Shown: positions 13,027 to 26,597 of the stretch, piece after piece | Layout: each line of letters starts with the position of its first letter | Position numbering within the stretch: the first letter of the stretch is position 1 | Assembly (NCBI RefSeq): GCF_009834535.1 | Contig: NC_045696.1 | Location: 28,894,001-28,958,000 of the forward strand | Reading direction: 5' to 3' | Length of the DNA: 64,000 nucleotides | Source of the DNA: Camelus ferus | Taxonomy: Eukaryota | Notes under the pieces: generated by a model | Told to the model about the DNA's origin: nothing | What the model saw: the letters and a program-made list of their open reading frames with translations, nothing else | Databases searched by the model: none | Program-made: the position numbers and the translations under genes

Positions 13027-14063
13027 CAATATTAGCTATAGTTTCTCTAAGATTAGTTATTGATTTGCAATTCATCTGTCTTAAATATAACATGAAACTG
13101 AATTGCTGCAATCTTTCTCCAAGTGCTAACTTTTAATCTAAAATATTTTAATTTCTCTACAAAATAAGAAAAAAAAACTGTTCCACTCAGATGCAGTTTT
13201 AATGGTCTTAGTGCTTTCTTGTGATATTTTCCAACCATAGATCTAGAATTCTTTCCAAAAGTTTACCACAATTGTACTGAAAATAGTTAATCTATCCCCA
13301 TACCAAATTTAGAATATTACAAATGAAAATTATTACTTTGAAATTACAAAATTAGATAACTGTTTAGATTCTGAAAGCTTGGGAAGTTATTTTTCACATA
13401 TACCAAAGTGTGTTTTTTTGTTTTTTGTTTTTTTTTTTGTTTTTTTGGTTTTTTACAAATATTGAAACTTAAGAATGCTCAAGTCTCATTTGGGGGTAAA
13501 TACTGGAAAGAAAATACAAATCAGAGGTTAGTAACAAATATAGGATCTTTCATATTGTGCCAAATGTATTTTTGTAAGATCAGATCACATTTCAAAATGA
13601 AAACTTTACCTGCATCATAATTACATTGCTCTTTCAACTTACAGAACATTTCTTCTACAGGCATTTTTACATATAGAGCTTCAAGCCCCATTCTCAGTAT
13701 CTGTGGACTTTTAGGAGAAATATTCACATCTAACTGAGCAGCCAAGTTAGCATCCTATCTTTCCTGGCCTCCTTTGCAGTATTGAGAAAGGTTTCAAGAA
13801 GATGTTTAATATAATAAAATACTAATTAGTGTACTATTAACTGTGAAATTGGTTGCATTTAGCTGATAATATTGTGGTTCCACAAACATGAATCTTAAAA
13901 ATTATTATTGACTTATTTGGGTACATTTGGAAAGGGCTGGAAAAAGGGAAAGGAAATAAAAATCATAGTTAAGTAAAAATAAAGATCATACTGAATGTTC
14001 TTTATTGAAAGAAAAATTCGTAAGACCCAGATTCACAGCTGCTTTTTCAGTACTTTTTCCTAC

Positions 14064-14543
14064 TGTGAATGAAAAATACTGCAAACCGTATCAGTAAACA
14101 AAGAATGCTGAAGCCATCAAGCCACCAGCCGCTGCCACCACCCCCCAGTGAAGACAAGCCTGCAGCCCAGCCCCAGCAGCCACTCACAATGGTGCACCCT
14201 GAGGGGATTCAGAATAAGAAAGGACAGGATACTGGCCCTAGGTGCTTGTCAAAGGAATGAATTCCATGAGCCCAAATGTTTGCTTCCTCTCATCCACAGA
14301 AAAGCACTAAATTCTTTAACATGAGAGGCCTGGTTTTCTTCAGTTAATAAGTAATCTTTTAATGTTCCAACACCTGGTCTTTGTTGTAAAGCTCCTTTAT
14401 ATCCTAGCTCCTCCCCTACCTCTTCAGAGCAGTCCCTCAGAGCCATCTGAGAGGCTATCATCCCGGGGTTTGAGTCCTCAGAAATGTCCGCCAAATAAAA
14501 CATAACTCTCAACTTTTAGGCTGTGCATTTATTTCAGTCGACA
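14064..14543 (+). mobile_element. ERV1-like solo LTR (480 bp), family A copy 1
   Basis: TGT...ACA termini; TSD CTAC/CTCC; 'tttatat' TATA-like at about 14396; AATAAA at about 14494; highly similar to 27646-27927 plus 28504-28709. Confidence 0.92.
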
Positions 14544-16506
14544 CTCCTAAACATTTTGTTATAAAATATAAAGAAAGGAAATCAAGTATTCTCAATTACA
14601 ATGAGGGAAGTTCTATTTTGTATTTCTCTCTGCCATAGTACTTCATTTTACTTTTTCTCATACTACACAGCCAGAATTAGCCTGGGGGAATTTTCTATGT
14701 GGAAACATAGATACCAAAGACTGGAGAGCACACTTGTAATCATCTGGCCTGATATCCCTGCTATTTGAAGCCAACATCCTCAGTACAGCATTGCTCATTA
14801 TTTCAGAGACAGGGAAATCATTGGCTATGGAAAAAGACTTTTAATCCTTTGGTCAGATAAATCATTGTAAATTCTGCATTATTCAGAGAATCTGAGTTAT
14901 TTTTTCCTGTGTCCACAGGTCTTATGTATACATTTGCAGATATATAGAACAATTTACTTCTTAACTCCACATGATCACTAGTAGCAGAAATGAAATAATA
15001 TGTGTGCATATGTTTCTCATAACATAAACTAGACACAATGTCTAAGCATGGCTTCCTATAATCTCATCTAGTCTTAAAAAGAAAAATTCCAAACAAAATG
15101 TCAACTAGTCTTTTCATTTACCACCTAATTAGACAGGTAGACTTGGAATGGTCATCTTCTACTTATAGAACCACAATAGCAAATGTCTGTTAGGAAGTAC
15201 GAGAGGATAGAGCACTCTGCCTTTTCAAACACTGACTCCACCAAACTACACCAATAAAAAGGGAATAAATAAAAGTTTCAAAAGATAGAACTGAGTTAGA
15301 GAACTGTTAGTAGGCTGAATTCATGAATTCATTTATGCCTTTGGCTAAAATACATTACTCTTTGAGTCAGTTTGAAGCTGTTTGCACAGTAGGGTGTTTC
15401 ACCTACTAATGATCTCACAGCTGGCACGTGCATGGCATCAATGTTTATTGACGTCCTCAATGTCAGTTATTTTTAAGAAGCTCCCTTCCAGGCCTCTGAA
15501 TAAATTATCTACCAAGTGCAGCAGCGCATGACAACATCCATATTACAATCTGCAGCCTTGCACAGGCTCTCATTATTTGGTGTAAATGAAATCCCAAGTC
15601 ATTAAACTTTTTTAAAAAATGAAGGCACCTTGTATTAAAAATATAAGCAATTGAAAGACCTCCTAGGTCATTCTTTCAGTCCGTAATATGCATAACAATG
15701 AGCCTGGAAATAGGTTCAGTTCCTCAGCAATTGTTGACTCTCCTTTGAAAGACAAAAGTTTCTGTCAAACACATCATAGAAAAAGTTCAAGCAGGCTAGT
15801 TTTATCTATTCCACTGGGAATGCACTTAGAAAATTGGCCTAGAGAAAAGACAACACAAGCAATGATGATAAGAAATAACACACTCTGAAATTTACAAAGT
15901 TATAACTTATAAGTCAACAAAAATGCAGGGTGTCTGCAGAATAACTATCAGTGATTCATACTTCTGTGTGTCAGAAAGTTTTTTTTCCCCCTACATATGC
16001 TGTAAGATTTATTAAAAAAAAAAAAAAAGAAAAAAGAAAGAGAGGGAGATGGAACGAGCTTCTCTTTAATCCGGTTATATGGGTCTTATCAATTTCAGGC
16101 AAGATGGCAATACTTCCTTGACAATGAATTTAAACAGATCTGCAGTCTCCCCTGCTATGTTTACTATGAATTTTGATGATGCCTTATATGAGCCTCAAAG
16201 CTATTTGATGTTGCTATGCTTTTATTCCATGAAGTGAGGTTCACAGCCCATCAAAAAACATTTAGTCACAAACCAATACAGAGTAAATGTTATCTACCAC
16301 AGCTTATTTTGCTGTTGGGTAACCAATGCAGTAAATACATACAATGACACAGTGTAACATCTTAATAATGTGCATGTTGAGGAACAACATTAAACACTTA
16401 TAAACTAACCAAGCTTAGGTATGATTTTACTCTGCATTACCAGTATGTTTTAGACACAATTAGACACAATTTAGACACACCCCTGTATAACTGAATCTGT
16501 GGAATT

Positions 16507-16596
16507 GAAAAAAAAAAAAAGAAAAAAGAAAAAGGAAAAGAAGGGAGGAAAAAAAAGAAAGAAAAGAAAATGAAAAAAAAAGAAAAAGAAGGAAAA
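16507..16596. repeat. A/GA-rich low-complexity tract
   Basis: Direct reading. Confidence 0.85.
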
Positions 16597-17009
16597 GGCT
16601 CTAACAGCTTTATCCAGAAAAGTCCAAATGCAATCAAACATTTGATTAATGAACTTCTTAGTATTTCAAGTTTCACGCATGAAGTTTCCTTTTTTCTACT
16701 CCACCGTATTTTCATTACTTGATGTGGTCTTAGCATGGTAGATACTCAGAAAGTATTTGTTCAATGAATGAATAGATAAATGAAATGAAATGGCATTATT
16801 CAAATTCTTGAATCATACTGCTTTAAAATGACCCTCCTAGGGCAGGGGTTGCTTTGAAAATATGTCTTACAAATAAATACAAAGTTTTTTGGTGTCCCAG
16901 GTACTGTGATGATAAATTTATCAGAAAAATTTTAGCACTGAAAGAAATTTAGAGCTACAAGAGGATAACTGCTAACCAAATACAGAATACTCTTTAAACT
17001 AGCTCTGAT

Positions 17010-17499
17010 CGTGATAGGCACATTCTAAGATGATTCCAGCCTCTTGGTATTGATGCTCATGTGTCATGTCTTTCCTTTGAGTGTGTGATGGACCTAGTGC
17101 CGTCTCCTAATTTGGAAAAAGTGATGTAATGTTGGTTCCACGATTAGGTTACAAAAAGAACATCTCAGTCTCTCTCTCCCACCCACATGCGTGCACATGT
17201 GCGCACACGGGTGCATACGCATACACACACACACACACACACATCCCTTGAACTAGGAGAAACAAGTTGCCACATTGTGAGCAGCCCTATGGAGAGGTTA
17301 AGCCCCTTTCCAATCTTGAAATGACAAAAGTCTTTCTTGAAAGCCTGGCTGTAAATAAGAGACTCAGAGGCAAAACCACCCAAGCTGCTCCAAAATTTCT
17401 GACCCACAGAAATCAGGACATTAGAAACGTCTGTTGTTGCCAGTCACTAAATTTTAATTTTTGAGATGATTCGTTATGCAGCAATAGATCACTGATGCA
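17010..17499 (+). mobile_element. MaLR LTR, MLT1F-like, with an internal (CA)n / alternating purine-pyrimidine tract at 17184-17243
   Basis: 'ttgccacattgtgagcagccctatggagagg', 'ccacccaagctgctccaaaatttctgacccacagaaa', end 'gttatgcagcaatagatcactgatgca'. Confidence 0.85.
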
Positions 17500-17614
17500 T
17501 TAAGATACAGTACCCTGTCTCAGATTTAATGTATCTATAAATGGGGAACCCATGGATGTAGGGGACCCTTGTTAAGATATGCGTTCTTAATTTTAAGCTG
17601 AAACATACAGTCTC

Positions 17615-18160
17615 ATTATTCTCACCTATTGGTACCTAAATGCTGGTAATATATCAGTTAAAAGGCAGACACGTCTTCTGGAACTTTAAAGATTACATTT
17701 TAATAGGGGAGACAGATAGTAAGCAAATTCAAAAATGAAGAGAATAATTGCAGATTCTGTTATACACCAGAGAAACGAGATAGCAAAGAAGGGGTAACTG
17801 GTGAAGGCCCCATTGGTTGGTGTGAGTGAGAGAGATATCTGAGGGGATGATATTTGAACTGGGTTTAAAGAATACTAGTGAGACAGTCATATAAAGAGCT
17901 GGGGAAAGATTCAGGGAGGCAAATGGAGCACTAAGAACAACATTCCAGAAATGAGAAAAGGCTTGATAATATTTAAGGAATACAAAGAAAGCCAGTTAGG
18001 TGGATAAATAATGAAAAATGGGGCAAATAGTTTGATAATTACAAAGTGGAAAAGCCTAAAAGGAGCCAGATGTCGCGGGGTCCTATTAGACAAGGAAACA
18101 TGCTCACTTTTAAAAAACACAATTGGAAAATATTAACTGGTTTTAATCAGGGGAGTTCAT
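17615..18160 (-). mobile_element. L2 fragment
   Basis: 'attacattttaataggggagacagatagtaagcaaa', 'tctgaggggatgatatttgaactggg', 'ggttttaatcagggagttcatga'. Confidence 0.7.
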
Positions 18161-19351
18161 GACTTCATTAAAACCCTCATACTTGGGCCAAGGAAGGCTG
18201 TTCCTTAGGTGTACATTTGACTGTTTCAAGTGTATCAAGTGCCTAGGAGTTAACAGTAACTTGGATTATTACATAAAAATCACAAAATTCTCTGCTCTGG
18301 CTGGTAGAGGAACTTCTGGCTCTTTTTTCTGAAAGAATTTTCAGTCAAAATATCATACTTATGTTCAGAAAGAATGGTGATCTCCTCTCTGAAATATCCC
18401 GTTTCCGATTAAAAAAAAAAAAGAAACCCAAAAAACTCATGACAAAAATTAGGTCCTGGGAGAGGAAGTACTGCTGAAGCAATTATTATAATAGCAGGAA
18501 CATTAAATGAGGCATAGGTTCTACATTGAGAGACTAAGATGAGTGAGATGTTCTAAACCTGGCACCAGAAAACATCAGTCCCCAGCAGTACAGTACAGTA
18601 TAGGAGGTGTTCTAGAGAAGCAGTATTCCTTGGCTTCATCCATCATCCTCTCATTCTTTAAGCAAACATAAGACAGATGCAATAAGGTTAATATATCTGG
18701 GTATACTGGTTAGCTATTGCTGTGTAACAAACACAGGAAACGTCTCAGAGACATAAACAATAACAATTATGCAGGTTGGCTGGAGCAGTTTTTTGACATC
18801 TGCAACACTATAATTTCTACTTTTCTGACTGTTCCTTCAATCAGAATTATTTACTGGGTCATTTATTCCCCTCTCTACATCCAATCAAAAGAGAATCCCC
18901 AAAGAATGGATTCTCAGCTTTATTTTCTTCTTTGTGCCTAGGAAATAGATAATCAAATCCTAACTTCAGCTTTCCTATTTCTGTGAATTACTTCCATTTC
19001 TATATGTCTAACCTTACATTTCCCCATGTCACATGTCACTGCTATATTTCCGATTGGAATATTTATTGCCAACATACCGAAAAGGTATTCTATCTCTTTC
19101 ATTCATTATATCTATTCTCTCTTTCCCTCTCTCTCTCTCACACACATATTCACATGCACACACACACACACTACTAAAGTGACTCCAGTCATTTGGCCAT
19201 CACATCTACCAACTGTTAATCTGTAACATTCTACACAGTATCTTTGCTCTTCATTCCTATGATTATTAACTTAATTTAGAAATTCAGTCATTTATCATTC
19301 AGTTTACTGAAAGATATTGAATGAAATCATTCAATATGAATTGAATATGAA

Positions 19352-19511
19352 CTATATTCAATATCTTATTGTAACATATGGTGAAAAAGAACACGAAAAT
19401 GAATATATATTCCTATATGACTGAAGTATGGTGCTGTACATGAGAAATTGACACATTGTAAACTGACTATACTTCAATAAAAATATATTAAAATAAATTA
19501 AAAAATTAAAA
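19352..19511 (+). mobile_element. Short 5'-truncated L1 3' tail with a perfect 16-bp TSD
   Basis: 'gacacattgtaaactgactatacttcaataaaa' plus an A-rich tail. TSD ATGAATTGAATATGAA at 19336-19351 and 19512-19527. Confidence 0.93.
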
Positions 19512-19574
19512 ATGAATTGAATATGAATGAAATATGTTGAAAGTATATGTCCTTCTTTAGTGTCCCTTGCCTCT

Positions 19575-19840
19575 ACAGTATTTTACATACCATTTGAAGA
19601 ACATACTACTTTCTTGCTTAACATCTACCCCAACCTTAAGCAACCACTAATCTACTCTCTGTCTCTATAGATTTGCATACACTAGACATTTCATTTGACT
19701 GGCTTTTTTGACTTGGTATAATGGTTTCAATGTTCATTCATGTTTTAGTATGCATGCTATATTCTTTATTACTGGAATAATAATCTTTTGTATGGATAGA
19801 GCACATTTTACTTGTCTGTTACTCACTTGATGGACACCAA
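19575..19840 (-). mobile_element. L1MB/MC-like 3' region fragment
   Basis: 'gcaaccactaatctactctctgtctctatagatttgc', 'gactggcttttttgacttggtataatggtttcaatgttcattcatgtt'. Confidence 0.8.
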
Positions 19841-21599
19841 ACTCCATTTTGATTAGAGATCTGGACAGAAAGTGATAGAACAATTATTTGTAAATATTTG
19901 AAGGTTGGATTTTCAGTTGATTTATTTACTCTCCAATTTTATGTAAATGCCTTAACAGCTTTGACAGCAGGGCAAGAAGAACAACACTGATGTTCCAGTT
20001 CCACATTTAGTTGCTGGTAGTTATTGAAATGCATTTACACAGTTTAAGAGAGATGGAAGCTGAATAGATTCTGAAAAGTGGAGAAACAGCAGAGAGTCTG
20101 TCTAAGGAGGCACTATCTATTTCCCCCCTTTTACAAATAAGACAGTTGTTAATAACCCAACCCATTTTAAAAAATTGCCTTTCTATCTTGACAAAAATAA
20201 TAAGCAATACCAAGAGAGTGATCTCTCTAATAAAGGATCATATTAGTTCTTATTAGTAGGCTGGGCTATCTGAAATTGCCATTTTACAGATGGAAAAATA
20301 TTGCCTAGTATATGGTTAAGTCGACTGAAATGACTAAAATCCACTGGTGGGAAGAAATATTTTCCTTGTGATGGATTGATATTAAAATGAAAGAAATAAA
20401 TAAGTACTATTGTTATACTCAACAAATATCACAAGAGAATCACATTAGAAATACTTAATGTGCTTTCTTCCATATTTCTTTCTGAGAGCGTTTCACACTT
20501 CTGCATGTTTTCCAAACGTACACTCACAACTCCTTTTTATGTGGGGATTCAAACTTCATAGCACTAAATTCAAAAATCTTGACTGCATAAACCAAAGTTA
20601 ATTTATTTATAGGCTGGCTGGTAATTTATGACTTGGCCCAAAAAGATAACCTTGGACAGATTTACCAACAAGAATTTGAGAAAGGAGAAGAAAAGCATTG
20701 AGGGAAAAATAGGCAAGAAGAAGGTGGTTCATAGCTAGATCCAATGCTGTTTTCCTACTACCTAAGCCTAATTTCACCTTCTTCTGGATTCCCATGAAAA
20801 GTTTATGAAAAAAATTATATTTTATTTTTATATGTTATATATTTATATATTATATTATATTTCTATTTTAAAATATAGTTTGGCAGTAGCATATATCCAC
20901 TGTAAGATAAAAACCATGAGGGCAGGATGCTGTTTGGAATGTATCAGAAATTAAATAGATATACATATTTAGGTACTGTCATCTTCTTTTTCTGATAAGA
21001 ATGTACAGCCAAAAGAGCTTTCAGACATTAATATAGATAAAGATTTTGGTGCATATCCTTCATTACAAAAACAAAGAGATTTTTTTTTAAAGTTTTCTTT
21101 GCAGTGATAAAACTGTCTTGAATTATACACAAAAAAAGATTCATTGTATTTGTATGTTAAATGCAAAAAATTTAATGATTATTTTTTGTTTTGAGAACCA
21201 CTGTACCCTTTTTAAATAGTTCTAAACTGGCAGTTTCAGCGTAATGGTAGTAATGTGAAAAAAAGAGAAAAAAGGACATAAAATATTATTGCTTTAGAAA
21301 CAGGTCTATTATTCTTAATGTTCCACTGTAGCACATAAACCTTCCATGTAATTCACCAAGTATAAGTACCACATTGTAAAGCTATTGGTGCTTTTCAACT
21401 TAATATGCCTTAGTGCTTGCATTCTGAACATGAAATAAGAAAATAAAGTATCTATTTTTTATCATTTTTTAAAATGCTTGGAATCATTCTTCTTGTCAGC
21501 AGATGTAGAATGGATTACTATAGAAAGGTATTAAAAGGTGGACCTTCAGCTGGACAGCAAGAGCAAAGGGGATGAACATTAAATACATTTTAGAAATAG

Positions 21600-22850
21600 T
21601 ATTTTTTTCAGAAAGTATTAATTTTAGAAAATTCTTTAAGTAACAACAAAGTAAAAGAAAACATTTAGATGGATCATCTAAATCATCAGCTATCAGTCAG
21701 ATATAAATAAGTATTATTAATATTTTGATATGTACCCTTTTAATATTTTATTTGTATATGTAGTATTCATGGATATACACAAACATGCATTCATATATAT
21801 ATATATATACACACACACACCAAAAAGCATTCATATATATATATACATTGAAAAGCATGAGACTATGGTGTGCATTTTTCTTTGTAATTATTTATTCTCA
21901 ACATCTTTGCAGATATTTATGCATTAATTCCTTATAATAAATATTTAAGATGTGTCATATTAATCACTATTATAACAATACATAAAAAATAATATCTGAA
22001 GTAACACTTTACAATTTTTTTTTTATTATTTTCTTAGAGAAAGCCTTAGAGAGACTTCGCGAGTCAAAGGATAAAGGCCACATTTTTATTAACATATCAT
22101 CACTCATAATATATGTATCAAGTTAGATTCTAAATAAGAATGTAGGGGAGTGGCCTTTTCTTCATACTCTAACTAAACTAAGATGTACACTTTTCCCCCA
22201 ATGCTAAAGCCATTAAGCATTGTTTTCATTTTAATTCACTAATGGGATTATACATCTTCCCCTGTTAGCTATTGTGCAACTTACCCAACTTTACCTTAGA
22301 GTATTCACTTCTGTAGTTTACTTATAAAAGTTTTTTTCATATTGAATAAATTAGTAATTTGCCTATCATATACATTTTTAAAAATATACTCAGATTGTAT
22401 TTCTTTCTTTTCTTTTTTTCCTGCTCTACAAAAGTTTCAAAATTAAGGTAATCAAATATACCAATTTACTTTTTATGGTTTTAACATATGGAATCATGCT
22501 TATAAAATCCTTTTCTTTCCCAGAATTATAAAAAGAATTATTCACATATTTTGAGTAATTTTATAATTACATACAAAATAATAAAGTGGGAATGCTTCTG
22601 AAATTTATGTTCATTTCTTTTATAAAAACAACTAATTTTATTTTTATTCAAAAACCTCAAATTCAATTTTTTCAATCCAAAAAATTACTCTTTCCTAATT
22701 CATTTGAAAATTCACCTCTATATGCATTTTCAACCACATAAGTATATATATGATCAGTTTCTGACATTTATAGACTATTCCACTTATTTTACTATTTATC
22801 CTTGTGCCTGTATTTTGATATAAACAGCTCTAATTTGGAATATTTTTAAA
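21600..22850 (-). mobile_element. Highly decayed L1ME-like fragments
   Basis: T-rich decayed L1 phrases such as 'taatcaaatataccaatttacttttatggtttt' and 'tcagtttctgacatttatagactattccac'. Confidence 0.45.
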
Positions 22851-24832
22851 TAATTGCATAACATGGAATACAATCAACAAAGATTTATTTTTCATTGAAT
22901 TTTCTCATTCTTCCTCTCTTCATTCACCATTATGAAAATGAGATACTGAAGATGAAAAAGGCAAAAATGGATTATTAGAAAATTATCTCTTTCTCTGTGT
23001 ACTTCTTTTCCTGAATCAACTATGATAAATTTTCTAAATACCTCAGCATTCTTATCTAATATTGTACTATATTCCACATACTCTTTCCCATTTTTAGATT
23101 TATTTCTTTGGGATTATGGTAAAGAATTCATCCACACTGAAGGCTACATAAATTTTCATAACGGCGGATTCAAAAGAGTTTTCAGAAGCCATTTCTTTTC
23201 TCTACAACTACATTAAAACAAAGACATCAAAGCCTTACAAGAGACAAAATTTTCCTTTCCATTCATATCAGCCACTTAAAATTGACTGTGGCTTCCTTGG
23301 CTAGAAATAACCAGTTAAGATGCTATTGAATTTTTGACATGAGTATAAGAAAAAAGCTTTTAAACCCAGAAACAGTTATTCTTAGCAAAGAGTAGTGAAA
23401 GGGAAAGAAAAAATTATATTGATACCTCTCTTTTTTTATTTCAGTATTAGTTTTCTCAAAGACACAGAAAAGTAAGAAGGATTATATTTAAAAAAATGAA
23501 ATTTGAGCACATAATTTTGGTCAGAATATATCTAGAATTATATACATAGAGTTTGGAGTTAAATATCATCCGTACTAAGTTAAAAAATAATTTTTTGGAA
23601 AGTAAAAAATACGGAATGACCGCCATACAGTGTGGACAACAACCTATGGGAATTTTGTCACTTTAAATTACTAAATTCATAATTATCTGTCAAATCATCC
23701 AGGACTAGAGTTAAAGTTTTAGATTATTACATTAGTAAATATGATCAGAGAGCTGGTGCTTTATAATATCATAAATCAATAAAAATAAAATTCTTCAGAT
23801 AATTTTTACTTGGTGCTTGGCTGCAGTGCTTTGGTTGTTGTTATTTTGGTACATTTAAAATAAATATCATTAGTGTTCTGAAACGTCACTTCAATTATAA
23901 TAAAGAAGGACCAAAGGAAAAGATGACTCAGTAAGCATTAGAAATGTATCTATTCCACCCTAAATCCAGTTCATCATCTCTATTTACCTCTCGTATAACT
24001 GGAAAGATTGTTCCTCTCCTATACGATGGCAAAGTCTTTAAAAAAACTAAATTGCATCATTTCTAAACTACCATCAAAAGGTTTAAGGGTTAAAGGCAAA
24101 GAGAAATTAAAAAAAAAAAAAAACAGATACATAGATAATAAAATACAAATAAAACAAGGAATTTCACAGTCTGTATTAGTTCATCACATTAAAATCAAAT
24201 CACATTTTATCTGCAATGTTTATCATTAGAAAATTGAGTTAACCTTATTTTAAATAGTCATTTTTAGATCAAAGAGACATGTATTTAAAATAATCAGTGA
24301 AATACCGTTGACAGGTGAAATAACAACTTCAAACATCTAAGTTTTTTTAAGAATACAACCCTATAGGAAAACAAAACTGAGGCTTACTCATGAACAATCT
24401 GGGACCCTAGGAAAGTGTACAGGCATAACTTTTTTATAGGGTTTAGGTAGATACCGTAAAATAATTTCAAAGCATCACTGTGAACGATTTAGTGTTTGAT
24501 TAGGATGCAGGCTGCAAATACTAACTAGAATGGTCCCAGCTATTTATTCAATCTATTGTTTGTGCACTAATCTATGAAATTTGATAATGAGTTTGCATTT
24601 TTAAATCATATCAACTTCCTGTGTCTTTTTTTCCCTGAAATCACATCTAGCCAGAAATCCATACCTGATAAAAGGAAAGTTGGAGTTATAGTCATGTATT
24701 TAAACACCTTTGAAGGGATGAAAATGTAAAACAGTAAAATTATTCCTAGATCCTCTGCAGAAAATTCTTTCAGAGACATTTGAAAAATCATGCTGGTTTC
24801 TTTTCTTGAAATGATCTGAACGATTGAACACA

Positions 24833-24848
24833 TCAATAGAGGGCACTA
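24833..24848 (+). promoter_or_regulatory. Candidate CTCF-binding motif
   Basis: TCAATAGAGGGCACTA matches the core consensus CCASYAGRKGGCRSYA at 14/16 positions, in non-repetitive sequence. Confidence 0.5.
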
Positions 24849-25610
24849 ACAGGCTGTTCTCGAAAGCTTTTCATTGCATTGCTTGTGACAATGAAACTAA
24901 GCTGGGAAGGCAGTACCTTTCAGCTGCGTAAAGTTGCAGATGCGGTAGTGGAAAGAACAAAAAATCTACACTGTCCTTGAGCTGGAAGATAAATTCACAA
25001 ACCTAATCCATCAGTGATTCACTTCTCTGTATCAGATAGTAACTACTAGCTCTGGGTATTCCCTCTCTAACATACCTTATTTTCTGTGTCTTTCAAATGA
25101 AATGTATTTCTGATTTTAGACCTCATTACTGATAACTAATCTCAACCTAAGAAAATATGTAGTCATGCAGTCAACACTTGGTGGTCTATATTGGTGGAGC
25201 TATATAGGGCTATTCCCAAGTAAGAATTATTTACAAATAATCACTGGTCTTGGCATCCTGCCTCTATATTTTGCTTTTGAGGTCATTTTTGATATTTAGT
25301 TGCTAATGATTATAAGAAGAAACCTACGGTGATATTCAAACTCTAAAACAAACAAGAAGTAATGGTGATCCCGAGAGAGCTGCTTAAACATTTTGGAATC
25401 ACAAAACAAGAGTAAGCTAGTGAACAGCTAATGCTCCCCAGGATGTGATTTCTGGAACTTGAGGAAAGTCTTTCTGATTTCAGGGGAGTTGAGAAGTGCA
25501 GCTCAATCAACCATGTGCCCAGAAGCAGAAGAAATGGAAGATTCATGAAGGATGTTGGCGAGACTAGGGATTATCAATATAGAGACTACAAGTGAAGTTA
25601 GGAAATTACC

Positions 25611-25652
25611 TACAATGGGGCTAGAGAGTATACGATGGGGCTAGAGATTATA
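25611..25652. repeat. 20-bp tandem duplication
   Basis: tacaatggggctagagagta / tacgatggggctagagatta. Confidence 0.85.
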
Positions 25653-26110
25653 TGAAATATATATACTTCCCTTTATTTGATAAAATCACTCTATTTTGAC
25701 TTATTTCAATGTTAAGTAATTTGCACCTATATATTTAATTAAATGCTATCTTTTCTGATAAAGATTCTTTGATTTTTCTCTTAGAGGTTTGAGTAACTAT
25801 ATGAGATTTCTTCAAAAAAACACCAAAATGCAATTCCAGCTGCAGACTATACCATAGAGAATCACATTAAGAATCAGAGAGATGCATTCACACTACCTCT
25901 ACAACTTTCAAGTAATCCTGTGACCTTTAGAAGTGTAGGTAATGATTCCAGTTTCTTAATTTTAAAATGAACAAAATTTCAGCTGATCAAGTTGAAGATT
26001 ATATAGATATGTACGTAGAGCACCTGGTATATTTCAGGCTTTAATAAACGCTGCTTCATGTCCTTACGTCCTTTTCTTTCAAACATAGCCCCTTCAGCTA
26101 TATTAATTTT

Positions 26111-26567
26111 TTTTTTTTTGAGCAAAGGTAGATTTATCTAGAGAGATACATCAAAAGGCAAGAGAAAGGCCATGAGGTGTGGGGGGTTGGCTGCTCAGAT
26201 TAGAGTAACAGTAGGTACACACTCCATAGACAGAGTGCAGGACATCTCTGAAGGGAGGTAGAGAGAGAGTGTTGCTAGTTTTTATGGACTCAGTGGCTTC
26301 ATATGCTAGTAAGTTGAAGGACCAGTCTATCTAGCCTAGGGAAGGGGCTGGGATTCCCAGGAAGTTGGCCATTTCCCACTCTTTAACCTTTTGTGGCTAG
26401 CCTTGGGACTGTCATGGCACCTGTGAGCATGTTATTCACCATGCTATTATATTACAATGGACATATAATGAAGCTCAAGGTCTACTAGAAGTCAAATCTC
26501 CCACCATCTTGAGCCTCAAGGCCGACTGGGGATTGAATCTTTCGCCATTCTCGTTGTTAACTGCTGT
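26111..26567 (-). mobile_element. Polyadenylated, 5'-truncated LTR (U3-R) copy retroposed by L1
   Basis: The minus strand has TATA-like CCATAAAAA, ends 'ctctctAGATAAAtctacctttgctc' plus A13 and lacks U5. TSD gctatattaatttt (26097-26110) / gctgtatcaatttt (26568-26581). TTT|AAAA target. Confidence 0.8.
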
Positions 26568-26597
26568 GCTGTATCAATTTTAAATTGAATATAACAT

